Positions 26,501-35,267 of a stretch of 40,924 bases of DNA are shown piece by piece. The notes beneath the pieces were generated by a model. That model worked only from the letters and a program-made list of their open reading frames with translations. It did not search any database and was not told where the DNA came from. Location: the IMG/VR virus record IMGVR_UViG_3300032092_000077, positions 1-40,924 of that record, one strand, 5' to 3'. This DNA comes from a virus (taxonomy: Duplodnaviria; Caudoviricetes). Positions within the stretch are counted from its first letter, which is position 1. Every line of letters begins with the position of its first letter. The position numbers and the translations under genes were made by a program.

Positions 26501-27442
26501 TCAGGCGGCGGCGGGTTGCGGGGCGGCTTGCACCTGGGCCCGCAACGTGGTGAGCATGCGATGCGCGTCCTCAACCGATTGGGGCTCGCGTTGCATCAGC
26601 AACGGGCCCGTGGCCGGTGCCCCCGCCGTGGGGGCGCCGCCCGGCAACGCCGCGAAAGCACCGGCGGGCTGGCCCGCGGGCGTCACGCTGCGCTTGACGT
26701 AGTTGCCCAGCCGCGCATCCCAGCTTTGCTGGACGGCGCGGGCGATCTCGACGGGATCCACCAGGTGCGGGTTGCCGTAGGTCTGAACGGCCTCGGCGTA
26801 CCGGCGATTGAAGTCCTGGCGGGTGATGGCCGAAAAATCGGCATCCATCAAGATCGGGGCCACGGCGGCCTGCTGGCCATTGCCTTTGCCGAGATACTCG
26901 TACATCTGCTCGGCCTGCTGCCGCTGCATGGCTTCCTGCTGCAACCGATGCGTCTGGTTGATCGGGGCCAGCATTTGCTGGAGCGGCGTCAACGCCTGCT
27001 CCAACTGCTGGCTGAGCGCGGTGCTCAGTTCCTGGCGCAACGCCATCAATTCGGGGTCCTGCAACTGGGTTGCGGGGGGTGCCGTCATCGAGGGCGCGGG
27101 CAACGCGGGCATCATTCCAGAAGGGAGTGACGCGGGCGCGTGGCCCAGCGGCGGGTGGACCGGCGACGGCGCACCATGGGCCGTGCTGCTGGTCAACTGC
27201 TGCAACGTCTGCATGATCTGGACGTTGAGCTGTTCCTGCCGCTGCATCCGACGATTGAACTCGCCCAGCAAATTCTCCACGGGCGGCGTCGCGGGCGCGT
27301 TGGGACGCGCGGGCGCGGCGGCGGCCGAGAGGGCCCCGTTGGGCGGCGGGGTGGCAGGCGGAGATCCTGCGGTTGCTCCGGGATGGGGTGGGGTGGTTGT
27401 CGCTGGCGGGGCGACGGGTGCGCCGGGGTTGGTCGGGTTAGT
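26501..27442 (-). CDS. Capsid scaffolding-like protein, proposed non-canonical start at ACT 27442
   Basis: Gln/Pro-rich coiled coil between portal and capsid. Frame is open 54 codons upstream of GTG 27280; AGGAGG lies 5 nt before in-frame ACT AAC; in-frame TGA 9 codons further up. Confidence 0.65.
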   Translation of the reverse strand, partial: TNPTNPGAPVAPPATTTPPHPGATAGSPPATPPPNGALSAAAAPARPNAPATPPVENLLGEFNRRMQRQEQLNVQIMQTLQQLTSSTAHGAPSPVHPPLGHAPASLPSGMMPALPAPSMTAPPATQLQDPELMALRQELSTALSQQLEQALTPLQQMLAPINQTHRLQQEAMQRQQAEQMYEYLGKGNGQQAAVAPILMDADFSAITRQDFNRRYAEAVQTYGNPHLVDPVEIARAVQQSWDARLGNYVKRSVTPAGQPAGAFAALPGGAPTAGAPATGPLLMQREPQSVEDAHRMLTTLRAQVQAAPQPAAA

Positions 27443-27545
27443 CCTGACCTCCTGTTTGGTTTCGTGTCACCGCGGCCGTGCGGGGTGCTCGCGTATTATG
27501 CCCCGCGCGAGATTCGGGGAGCATGGCCGCTGCGTTCACGGAAAT

Positions 27546-27621
27546 TGGATGCGGGAGTCGGACTCGAACCGACGTTTCCTCGTGACTAACGAGGTATCCT
27601 GGTCCACTAGAAGATCCCGCC
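27546..27621 (-). tRNA. Atypical 76-nt tRNA, anticodon AGU, 1:72 mismatch, encoded CCA
   Basis: GGCGGGA-TC-TTCTAGTGGACCAGGAT-A-CCTCG-TTAGTCA-CGAGG-AAAC-GTCGG-TTCGAGT-CCGAC-TCCCGCA-T-CCA folds as a cloverleaf. Confidence 0.88.
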
Positions 27622-27643
27622 AGAAATGGTTGTGATTGTTGAC

Positions 27644-29680
27644 TCACGCCGCCCCCTTTGGGTTGGGCTGGCCGGGCATGGCTTGAGCGGCCATCATGCC
27701 GCCGGGGCGCGGGCCCTGGCTGGCCGGCAACGGCACGGGGCCGCCAACCGGCAGCGCCGCCTGCACCATCATCATCCGGTGCATGTCGGCATGGGCCATA
27801 ATCAGGCGCTGGGCCATCGGACCGGCTTCGGGGTGCTCCTTTAACCAGAGCACATGCTCGTCAATGTGGCACACGTGGTCATCCCAGGGCTGCGGCGCCG
27901 CCCAGCGGCCCTGTTCAAACAGCGCGTTCTCGGTCTGGGCCCGGTCAATGTCGGGCTGGTCGGCAAACTCGTGGCGGAAACCGCCGAGGTCGAGTTGCTG
28001 GTGCAACCACTTGACGTTGGGCCGGCCGGTGCCGTCCACGATCATGCCGTTGCGCCAGAGCTCGATCAACTGGCCGTTCCACGCCGCGGCATCGCGCGGC
28101 ATCGCGCTGCCTTTAACGACGTCCACGTCCGCATACAGGTTCTGCGCGGCCATCAGTGACAGCGTGTAGCCCTTGGTCTCGCCCACAATCCGCAACAGTT
28201 TCTCGGGCGGATAATACTGGCGGGCGAGCGCCAGCGTGATCCGCGCGTCGTCGGCGTCGGCCTGCTCGCGTTCGCTGGTCAGGGTGGCAAACTTCTGCTG
28301 GCCGCTGGCCAACAAACTGTTGAACTGCTGGCCGCTGCGGACCTGGGCGTCATTCATCCCGCGCATGATGTCGTAGAGGCCAAACTCGTCATCAATGTCA
28401 CGCAGCGTCTCGGCAATCTCCTGCGACGCGCCCGGCAACGCCTGCGCGCCGAGGATGGTCGGGGCCGCGCCGTTGGCGCCGAGCTGGCGCTCGTACTCAA
28501 TGAAGCTGCCGTGAATGTTGGTCACCTGGTCGGGGTCGGCCAGCGTGCCGCGCTCCACCAGGATGCGGTTGCGGCCCATGGCCAGGCGGTTCATCGTCTG
28601 GTCGGTCTTAATCCGGTTCAACCGGTTCTGCGACGGCCGCGCCGCCTCGGGGAAACCGATCCCGTAGAACTCGCCCGGCACCTGGATGCCACGGAGCCAC
28701 ACACAGCCCAGCTGCAACGTCTTGGGCGCCTCGGGCGGGAACAAGCCGACAAACGGGTTGACGTCGTACTCCACCACGGTGCGGTTGACGACCACCACCC
28801 GCCGCCCCTGGGGCCAACGCTCGCACGGCAGCTCGTAATACTCAAACACCCGCCCCGTGCCTTGCTGGCCGCCCTGCGGCCCCTTGGCGCCCGCGGGCGA
28901 AAACAGGAAGTCCAGACGTTCGGACATGCCATCGTACAGGTCCCGGTACTCATCCGCGCCGAGCTGGTCGGCAAACTTCGGATACAACTCGCGCAGCTCC
29001 TCCAGGGGCCGCCGCGCATCGAACAGCACCGCCCGCGCGTCGCGCGCGCTTTTGAGTCGCGTGGGGAACACGTGGGCGTGGTAAATCGAGTACACTTCCT
29101 TGCGGATCTCGGGGAACTGCACCGTGGCCGGGCCCTGCCCGGGCAGCTGCACTTGCATCGGCTGGCCGCCTTTGGGGTCGAGATAGGTCCGCACGCACAC
29201 CGTGCCGTCCATCACCCGCAACTCGTCGCTCTCGGCCTTGAGCCGTTCGGCGTTGTTGATCCGGCCAATGTAGTCCAGCACCGAGCGGGCGACCATGGCA
29301 AATTGCTTGTCGCGGGTCTGCCGCGTCGTCGGGATCGGCTCCACCTGGCTTTGGCCGCGGGCCAGCAACCCCAGTAGTAACCGCACGTTGGGCTGGATCC
29401 GGTTGGCCACTTCGCGCAACTCGCCCTCGGGATTCTCGACGTCGAGCAGCCCAAACGCGCCGCCGTCGAAGCGGGTCCACTGGTACCCGAGGTAGTAGGC
29501 CCGGTTGAGGTAGCTGTTGGCGTAGAGCCGCAACTTGGCGTGGTTGGCCGCGCTGTGGCGCTGGTGGATCTCGTCCACCAGGGCCGAGGCCTGGATCGTG
29601 GACGGCAACCGCACGCTCTCGCGCAGTGGTTCGCTGACGGCGCTTTGCTCGCGCACGGTGTTGGCGTCCTGGATCAGCAT
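27644..29680 (-). CDS. Portal protein
   Basis: 678 aa downstream of terminase; NRIQPNV..LLG.L, FYGIG..E..RPSQ..LN and DDH..HI..H patterns of P22-like portals. Confidence 0.8.
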   Translation of the reverse strand: MLIQDANTVREQSAVSEPLRESVRLPSTIQASALVDEIHQRHSAANHAKLRLYANSYLNRAYYLGYQWTRFDGGAFGLLDVENPEGELREVANRIQPNVRLLLGLLARGQSQVEPIPTTRQTRDKQFAMVARSVLDYIGRINNAERLKAESDELRVMDGTVCVRTYLDPKGGQPMQVQLPGQGPATVQFPEIRKEVYSIYHAHVFPTRLKSARDARAVLFDARRPLEELRELYPKFADQLGADEYRDLYDGMSERLDFLFSPAGAKGPQGGQQGTGRVFEYYELPCERWPQGRRVVVVNRTVVEYDVNPFVGLFPPEAPKTLQLGCVWLRGIQVPGEFYGIGFPEAARPSQNRLNRIKTDQTMNRLAMGRNRILVERGTLADPDQVTNIHGSFIEYERQLGANGAAPTILGAQALPGASQEIAETLRDIDDEFGLYDIMRGMNDAQVRSGQQFNSLLASGQQKFATLTSEREQADADDARITLALARQYYPPEKLLRIVGETKGYTLSLMAAQNLYADVDVVKGSAMPRDAAAWNGQLIELWRNGMIVDGTGRPNVKWLHQQLDLGGFRHEFADQPDIDRAQTENALFEQGRWAAPQPWDDHVCHIDEHVLWLKEHPEAGPMAQRLIMAHADMHRMMMVQAALPVGGPVPLPASQGPRPGGMMAAQAMPGQPNPKGAA

Positions 29681-29898
29681 CGCGCCACCGCCTTGCCGGT
29701 TCGCGGCTTGGTCGCGCGCTGGAACAGCCGCGCCAACCAGCCATCGGCCAGCGCCACCAGCGTGCCCGCGGGCATCCCCCAGGCCAGGTGCTTGGACAGG
29801 TTGCCCCGCACCGTCACCGGGAACTCCCGGCCGTCACGGCCCAGCACCCGCACCGTGCGGGTCTTGGGTGGCCGCGGTTGTTTCCAGCCAAACATCAT
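29674..29898 (-). CDS. Hypothetical protein
   Basis: Overlaps both neighbours in the late operon. Confidence 0.55.
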   Translation of the reverse strand: MMFGWKQPRPPKTRTVRVLGRDGREFPVTVRGNLSKHLAWGMPAGTLVALADGWLARLFQRATKPRTGKAVARC

Positions 29899-30191
29899 AC
29901 CGGCAACCCCGTGATGGAGCCCGGTGTCTGCTCGGGCGGTGGCGGCGGGCGCGGGGCGGGGGGCGGGGTGGGCACGGCGGGCTGGGTCGCCCGCAACCGC
30001 GCGATCTCCGCCTCGGCCAGGGCCCGTTGCGCCGTGGGCGCGGTCAACGCCAGCAACCGGTCATGCAACTCGCGGTTCTGCTGGAGCAACGCCGCGCACT
30101 GCGGGCAAGGGCGCGCCAGTAACTCGACAAGTTGGCCGTGTTTGGCCGGCACGCCTTGTCGTTGACGGCAAAAAAAGTCGATGAGTGTCAT
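29895..30191 (-). CDS. Hypothetical protein (CxxC, coiled coil, Pro-rich tail)
   Basis: AGGAG RBS; tiles the operon. Confidence 0.65.
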   Translation of the reverse strand: MTLIDFFCRQRQGVPAKHGQLVELLARPCPQCAALLQQNRELHDRLLALTAPTAQRALAEAEIARLRATQPAVPTPPPAPRPPPPPEQTPGSITGLPV

Positions 30192-30201
30192 GGGTAATCT
30201 C

Positions 30202-32070
30202 CTATGCCGCCAGGCCGATGATATCCGTGGGCCGCCGCAACGCGGGGTGGCGGTTGTTGTGGTTCACGCGGGCCATCCGCTCGGCTTTCATGGCCTCGTA
30301 CATGCCGGCCGCGGTCAACGGCAGCCCCGTCAACGGCCGGGCGGCCGCGGGTGCCACGGCCCGCCGCGCTGTCTGGTCGGGCCATTTCACCACGTCGGCA
30401 AACTCGCTGAGCATGTCGCACAAGTCGTCATGCGGCTTGGGCTCGGGCAACCGCACCAGCTCGTCGCGCAACTCGGGCATCGCGTCCTTGCGCAATCGCA
30501 ACTTGCCGTTCTTGGCCAGCGGGATCAGCCGCCGCATGCGCGCCACCTTGGCGATGCCGGCAATGCGCACGGGGTGCCAGGGCAGAAACTCGTGGTCGGC
30601 CTTGGCCCGTTGGTTAATGAAAAACGCCAGCACGCGGTCGAGCACCGCCTGCTGCAGCCCGATGCCCAGGATCGGCAGGCCCAGCGCCTTGTACCGGCCC
30701 CAGTAACCCCAAACGGTCTCCATGAACTCGTGCGGATCCACGCGGCCGCGGGTGTATTCCACCACGTCCAGGAACCCGTCCGGGGTCGCCGCTACCACGC
30801 CCACCGCCGAGAAATCGCTGCGCTGGGTCACGGCCAGGGCCGAGTCGCACAAGATGTAGAGGTTGCACCGCCGCAAGTCCTCGACGGTGTCCTCGTGGTC
30901 GCCAATGTCCTCGGGCGCCACGCCTTCGTCGTCGGCAATCGGCTGCTGGCGCATGACGGCGTAGTAGCTGCCCTCCAGCGTTCGCTTGGCCGAGGCCAGG
31001 CTCGCCGCGTTGTCCAGCTCGGGCACGCTCGGGCTGCCGTCCGGCAGCTCGCAATCGGTGATGCAGCACAGGAAATCGCCACCATTTTCGAGCGCCAACT
31101 CGTCGGCAATAACCTGGTGCACGTCGCCAAAATTCCAGCGCGTGCCGATCACCTGGGTGGGGCCGCGTTCCTTGTCGGGCAGCATCGCAAACGAATCGCG
31201 AAACGCCTGTTCGGCCACGCGGATGCGGTCGCGATTCTTTGAGGACTCCTTGCCGATCAAGTCGTCAAAGAAATTCTCATCCGGGTGGTTGCCTTTGAGC
31301 TCCATGCCCGGCGAAACCGCCCGCAAGGTCGGCTCCAAACGGTTCACCTTGCGGTTGGGCACCGTGAACTCGGTTTTATTGCCAAACTCGTGCGCGCCCA
31401 GGGGCGGGCAAAACGCGGGAAACAGCTGGCGGAATCGTGCATTGCCGAGAAAATGGCCTTTGATTTTCTCCAGCCAATCGCTCGACAACCGCTCAATCTC
31501 GGACCAAAGGAAAATGGCCGTGTCAGGGTTGCGGATGATCCGCTGGATGATCTTGGCCTCGGTCTTGAGCGTGCTTTTGAGCCAGCCGCGGGGCTCCAGC
31601 CACATCTGCCGCGGATAACGCGGGTCGCTCGCCAGGTCGGCCGCGGGCTTGTGGTACCGCCAGAGCAATTTGTTCTCGTTGGCGGACTTGTCGCAGAGCA
31701 CGTACTTGGCGAGAAAATACAGGTCCTCGCGGCACACCTGGGCGTAAAACTCGGTTTCCTCGATGCCCTTGGCCAGCCGCGTCTGCTCCAGCGCCTCCAG
31801 GTACTCAATCTCGGTGAACTCAAACGCCACCGAGTCGGCCCACACCAGCCACGGCGCCGCCGTCAACAAAGGATCACCCCGCAGCGCCTCCACGGCGCGC
31901 GGGTTCGGGAAAATTTTTTGGGAATTTTTTGGCGCGGTGCCAGTCAACACGCGATGGGTGTGTTTTCGGCCCGCCCCCCCCTGCGCCCCCATACCCCCCC
32001 CGACCGACGCCGCGGGCACCTGTCCGGGCGTCTGGACTGGTAGCAGGTCGAGTTGCGGGCTGGTGCTCAT
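30202..32070 (-). CDS. terL: Terminase large subunit
   Basis: PRGWLKST (Walker A-like), FFDDL (Walker B), IGTRW, CDSA...SDFSA and HDDLCD nuclease motifs. Confidence 0.9.
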   Translation of the reverse strand: MSTSPQLDLLPVQTPGQVPAASVGGGMGAQGGAGRKHTHRVLTGTAPKNSQKIFPNPRAVEALRGDPLLTAAPWLVWADSVAFEFTEIEYLEALEQTRLAKGIEETEFYAQVCREDLYFLAKYVLCDKSANENKLLWRYHKPAADLASDPRYPRQMWLEPRGWLKSTLKTEAKIIQRIIRNPDTAIFLWSEIERLSSDWLEKIKGHFLGNARFRQLFPAFCPPLGAHEFGNKTEFTVPNRKVNRLEPTLRAVSPGMELKGNHPDENFFDDLIGKESSKNRDRIRVAEQAFRDSFAMLPDKERGPTQVIGTRWNFGDVHQVIADELALENGGDFLCCITDCELPDGSPSVPELDNAASLASAKRTLEGSYYAVMRQQPIADDEGVAPEDIGDHEDTVEDLRRCNLYILCDSALAVTQRSDFSAVGVVAATPDGFLDVVEYTRGRVDPHEFMETVWGYWGRYKALGLPILGIGLQQAVLDRVLAFFINQRAKADHEFLPWHPVRIAGIAKVARMRRLIPLAKNGKLRLRKDAMPELRDELVRLPEPKPHDDLCDMLSEFADVVKWPDQTARRAVAPAAARPLTGLPLTAAGMYEAMKAERMARVNHNNRHPALRRPTDIIGLAA

Positions 32071-32078
32071 AGAGTTGG

Positions 32079-32663
32079 TTACTCTACCTCCGCAGCTTGC
32101 AATGCAGGCACTTGTGCTGGGCTGTCACCTTGCGAAGGGGTGACACGGGCCCGCAAATGCGCAATCGCGTCGCCTACCACGCCGCTGATCTGGACCGTGT
32201 CACCGGCCACGGCCACGGCGATCTGGGCGCCGCTGGGCTTCAATTCGCCCGTGTACTCGCCCGCCAGCTTCAACAAGGCGATCTCCTCGCCCTCCAGGCT
32301 GCGCCGACTGGCCGCCTCGGCCACGCGCTCGGTGGCGTAGCCCATGGCACGGCGGAAATCCTCACGGCACAAGTCTTTGCGCTCCAGCAAATAAGCCGCG
32401 TGAAGCTTGGTGAAGTCGTCCGTGTTCACCACGCGCGACAAGGTCGAGCGCGAGATCTTCAACCGCTCCGCCAGTTCGGTCATGTTTGCGCGTGGAAAGT
32501 CCACAAGTGCCTCAGAAACAGCTACTTGCACCCGTGAAGCCTTCGGAAACCGTCGCAAAACCCTGACCCAAACGAGGCTATGAGGCTCGACAGCGGGGCC
32601 TTGGCGACGGCTTGCCGCCTGATCTCCGCCTCGGCGTTGCATGGGACGCTTCTCTGGCATCAC
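32079..32663 (-). CDS. Terminase small subunit-like HTH protein
   Basis: MTELAERLKISRSTLSR HTH; directly upstream of terL; start uncertain. Confidence 0.65.
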   Translation of the reverse strand: MMPEKRPMQRRGGDQAASRRQGPAVEPHSLVWVRVLRRFPKASRVQVAVSEALVDFPRANMTELAERLKISRSTLSRVVNTDDFTKLHAAYLLERKDLCREDFRRAMGYATERVAEAASRRSLEGEEIALLKLAGEYTGELKPSGAQIAVAVAGDTVQISGVVGDAIAHLRARVTPSQGDSPAQVPALQAAEVE

Positions 32664-32816
32664 CGATAGCGCGGAGTTCGTAGGGCAATGCGCGTTTCAA
32701 CCGCCAATGACGCGGGTTTGCCCTTTGTCGCCCTCGAAGTTGGCCGTTGCACGCTACGTACCGTACCGGTAACGTATGTACTGTACGTAGCACCCCGAAA
32801 ACGGGCGGTGTCGGGC

Positions 32817-32977
32817 GTCAGACTGGTCGGAATCCGACCGCTCTGGTGGGTCAGACTGGTCGGAATCCGACCGCTCTGGTGGGTCAGACTGGTCGGAATC
32901 CGACCGCTCTGGTGGGTCAGACTGGTCGGAATCCGACCGCTCTGGTGGGTCAGACTGGTCGGAATCCGACCGCTCTG
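32817..32977. repeat. Tandem array, about 4.9 x 33 bp, each unit containing the palindrome GGTCGGA-A-TCCGACC
   Basis: Unit GTCAGACTGGTCGGAATCCGACCGCTCTGGTGG starts at 32817, 32850, 32883, 32916, 32949; no spacers. Confidence 0.95.
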
Positions 32978-33456
32978 AATCGTCTGACGCCGATGCCCAG
33001 CGCGATCAGCCATGCACTCGGCAGCGTTTCCGCCAACATGCGCGAATAGTTCAGCTCAGTCACGAGCGTCAAAGTGTTGGTTGAATCCAAGCCACGCGGC
33101 AACACGGGTTCGGGTTCGATCCAAAGAAAACTTCTGCCCGCTGCTCGGCGGATGGGTCGGCTTCCATGAAACTCGGCGACTGTGGTCCACTGTGGAAACA
33201 AGGACAGCGTCGCTGCAAATATCAGCCCACCCGCGATGGTCGCGCGGCCTGTCCAGTCGCATGTCTTGCCGATCCAACGGCGGCGCACTGACGGGGCTAG
33301 TTGGTTTGCATACTGCGTGATGAGGCTACTGGCAACGGTCTGGTCCACTGTACTGTAGGGGAATTTGGCTGGATAATTCAGTGCGTGCAATGCCTTGAAC
33401 GTCTCGGCTTGCGTCAATCCGCAGCGTACAGACAAGTCGGCCACGCTGATACTCAC
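32950..33456 (-). CDS. Membrane protein co-transcribed with the putative repressor
   Basis: GTGA overlap with 33453-33713; two hydrophobic segments; lower GC; stop falls in the last repeat unit. Confidence 0.6.
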   Translation of the reverse strand: MSISVADLSVRCGLTQAETFKALHALNYPAKFPYSTVDQTVASSLITQYANQLAPSVRRRWIGKTCDWTGRATIAGGLIFAATLSLFPQWTTVAEFHGSRPIRRAAGRSFLWIEPEPVLPRGLDSTNTLTLVTELNYSRMLAETLPSAWLIALGIGVRRFRAVGFRPV

Positions 33457-33713
33457 GGCTTGACCTTTGCGTTGTAAGCGGCCTTCGCCTCGGCCACCAA
33501 TCGTAGCTTTGTCTCGGTTCTGACGGCATCCAAGTCCTCGCGAAGCGTGTCCAGTTCGTCGTGACGAAAAAGCTCGGTCACCAACAGGTACACATCAAGG
33601 CAATGATCAGCTTGGCCGACGAAGGTGCGATTCTTTTTTTTGGCCAGTGTCTCGACCGTGTTTTTGAAGCGGGCCGACACGCGTTGCGACACTGATTTTA
33701 TTGCCTCTGACAC
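33453..33713 (-). CDS. Arc/ribbon-helix-helix-like regulator (candidate repressor)
   Basis: SVSQRVSARFKNTVETLAKKKNRTF strand-helix-helix pattern; divergent from the early operon. Confidence 0.55.
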   Translation of the reverse strand: MSEAIKSVSQRVSARFKNTVETLAKKKNRTFVGQADHCLDVYLLVTELFRHDELDTLREDLDAVRTETKLRLVAEAKAAYNAKVKP

Positions 33714-33759
33714 TCATCCCCCTGCTGACTTGGACAGTACACCTACTTTTCGTGCGCGC

Positions 33760-33796
33760 AATGTGCCACTTGACAACAAGTGGCACATTTTGTTAG
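33760..33796 (+). promoter_or_regulatory. Early promoter with perfect operator palindrome
   Basis: AATGTGCCACTTG-ACAA-CAAGTGGCACATT (33760-33789) containing TTGACA (33770-33775); TTAGAA/TAGAAG lies 17-18 nt downstream. Confidence 0.75.
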
Positions 33797-33807
33797 AAGC
33801 CCGCGCC

Positions 33808-33981
33808 ATGAAACCAGTCGGAGTTTCCATTGACGCCGCCACTCGACGGCGCAGTCGCGAATTAATGCGACAACGACGCATCACCAGCTTTTCGCAGTTG
33901 GTGCGTTGGTTGGTCGAGGAGGAGTACGTCCGATCCAAGGAGGTCAGTCATGTCACGGAATCTACGCCAGCGCATGGATGA
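33808..33981 (+). CDS. Small ribbon-helix-helix-like regulator (Cro-equivalent position)
   Basis: VGVSIDAATRRR...SFSQLVRWLVEEE; first gene after the promoter. Confidence 0.6.
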   Translation: MKPVGVSIDAATRRRSRELMRQRRITSFSQLVRWLVEEEYVRSKEVSHVTESTPAHG

Positions 33982-34153
33982 GTTACACCTGGCCGCCCAG
34001 CGCGCCGCCGCCGCGGGCCACGCCGCGGAGGTCGCCGAGTTACTGGAGCGCGCTGCTGAGTTGGAGCAAGAGGCCGACCGTCGCCCCGGTGATTTTGCCG
34101 ATGATGGTTGCGGCGATCCCACCTTGTCGTTGGTGCCCGGCTGGGCGTGCTAG
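33950..34153 (+). CDS. Hypothetical protein
   Basis: AAGGAGGT RBS. Confidence 0.65.
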   Translation: MSRNLRQRMDELHLAAQRAAAAGHAAEVAELLERAAELEQEADRRPGDFADDGCGDPTLSLVPGWAC

Positions 34154-34169
34154 CGGGCGAGGGTGGGGG

Positions 34170-35267
34170 ATGGACAAGGAGGACCTCTTGCGCTGTCTGC
34201 TGTCTGATAGTTTCGATGGCGCGGTTCGTGTCTTTGCGGCGGTCGAATATCTGGACGGTGGCGGGAAGGGGGTCGGTGAGGTTGCTGCTGTTGCCCGACT
34301 TAGCGTCGAGCGCACGCGCAAACATATCGCCGCCCTTCGCCGCACTGGCTTGGTCCAGGTCACCCGCCGCCAATACGGCCTTACTGTCCAGACGTCTGTG
34401 CCCGTTGGCACGCCGCCCTTGCCGGCAACGGCGCCGATGGCAGCGCCCGCTGTCAACCGCGATTCGGCGCCGTTGCCGGTGGATCCATCGCTGGCCGCGC
34501 CGTCGCCGTTGTCGGTCAAGGATGCCGTGGCCGCCGAGATCGCCCGCCAGCGCGCCCTGCGTCCGTCTGTGTCTCCTGCCTCCGCCCCGTCTCCCTCCTC
34601 CACGGGCGCGGAGCTCCCGGGCGGGGACGGTGTCCTAGCGCCGTCCCCGCTTCCCGGTGAGCTGCCGTTTGTCGGTCAACTGGAGCCCGAGCTGGTCCGC
34701 CTGGTCACCGTCATGCAACACGAGTTGGACCGCGTCGAACTCACCCGCCACAAGGTCGCGCCCGACAAGCTGCGCGCCCTGGCGATTGCCTTCCGCGCCC
34801 AGGCCGATCTCCAGGCCGTCACCAGCGCGTTCGTGGACTGGCTCACCAGCAACAAGAAATCCGCCGTTGCCAAGCGCAAGGTCATCGCCGCCAAGCCCGA
34901 CAAGTTTGACTGGGCCGAGGCCTTCGACAACCACGTCCGCTACTCGGTGAAGATCGCCCACGGCGAGCCGCGCCGCCGCAAAGGTGCCAGCGCGCCCGCG
35001 GCCGCCCCCACGTCGCCGGGGTCCGCGCCCGCGGCCGCCCACGCTGCCGACACGATTCCCGCCGCCGAGCAAGATGCCGCCTGGAACGCGCTCACCCAGG
35101 ACCAACGCGACGCCCTGGTCCAGATCAAACGCGATGAAATGCTGGGCGTGTTCGGTCCCGCCTCGCCCAAACTGGCCACGCTCGATTACCGGGCCATGGC
35201 CCGCCACGAAGCGGCCCTCTCCGCGCGCCGTCGCGCCAGCGCCGCGCCGTCCACCACTGCCCCATGA
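34170..35267 (+). CDS. Putative replication initiator (N-terminal wHTH)
   Basis: GEVAAVARLSVERTRKHIAALRRTGLV wHTH, Pro-rich linker; ATGA-coupled to DnaB. Confidence 0.6.
   Translation: MDKEDLLRCLLSDSFDGAVRVFAAVEYLDGGGKGVGEVAAVARLSVERTRKHIAALRRTGLVQVTRRQYGLTVQTSVPVGTPPLPATAPMAAPAVNRDSAPLPVDPSLAAPSPLSVKDAVAAEIARQRALRPSVSPASAPSPSSTGAELPGGDGVLAPSPLPGELPFVGQLEPELVRLVTVMQHELDRVELTRHKVAPDKLRALAIAFRAQADLQAVTSAFVDWLTSNKKSAVAKRKVIAAKPDKFDWAEAFDNHVRYSVKIAHGEPRRRKGASAPAAAPTSPGSAPAAAHAADTIPAAEQDAAWNALTQDQRDALVQIKRDEMLGVFGPASPKLATLDYRAMARHEAALSARRRASAAPSTTAP

Noticed and set aside
27546-27621. tRNA as an integration-site remnant or an ordinary tRNA-Thr
   Set aside because: It is full length, lies within the late operon far from int/attP, and lacks the G1:C72 and C2:G71 pairs and purine 37 of normal tRNA-Thr.
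32817-32977. CRISPR array
   Set aside because: Units are contiguous and identical with no unique spacers; no cas genes recognised.
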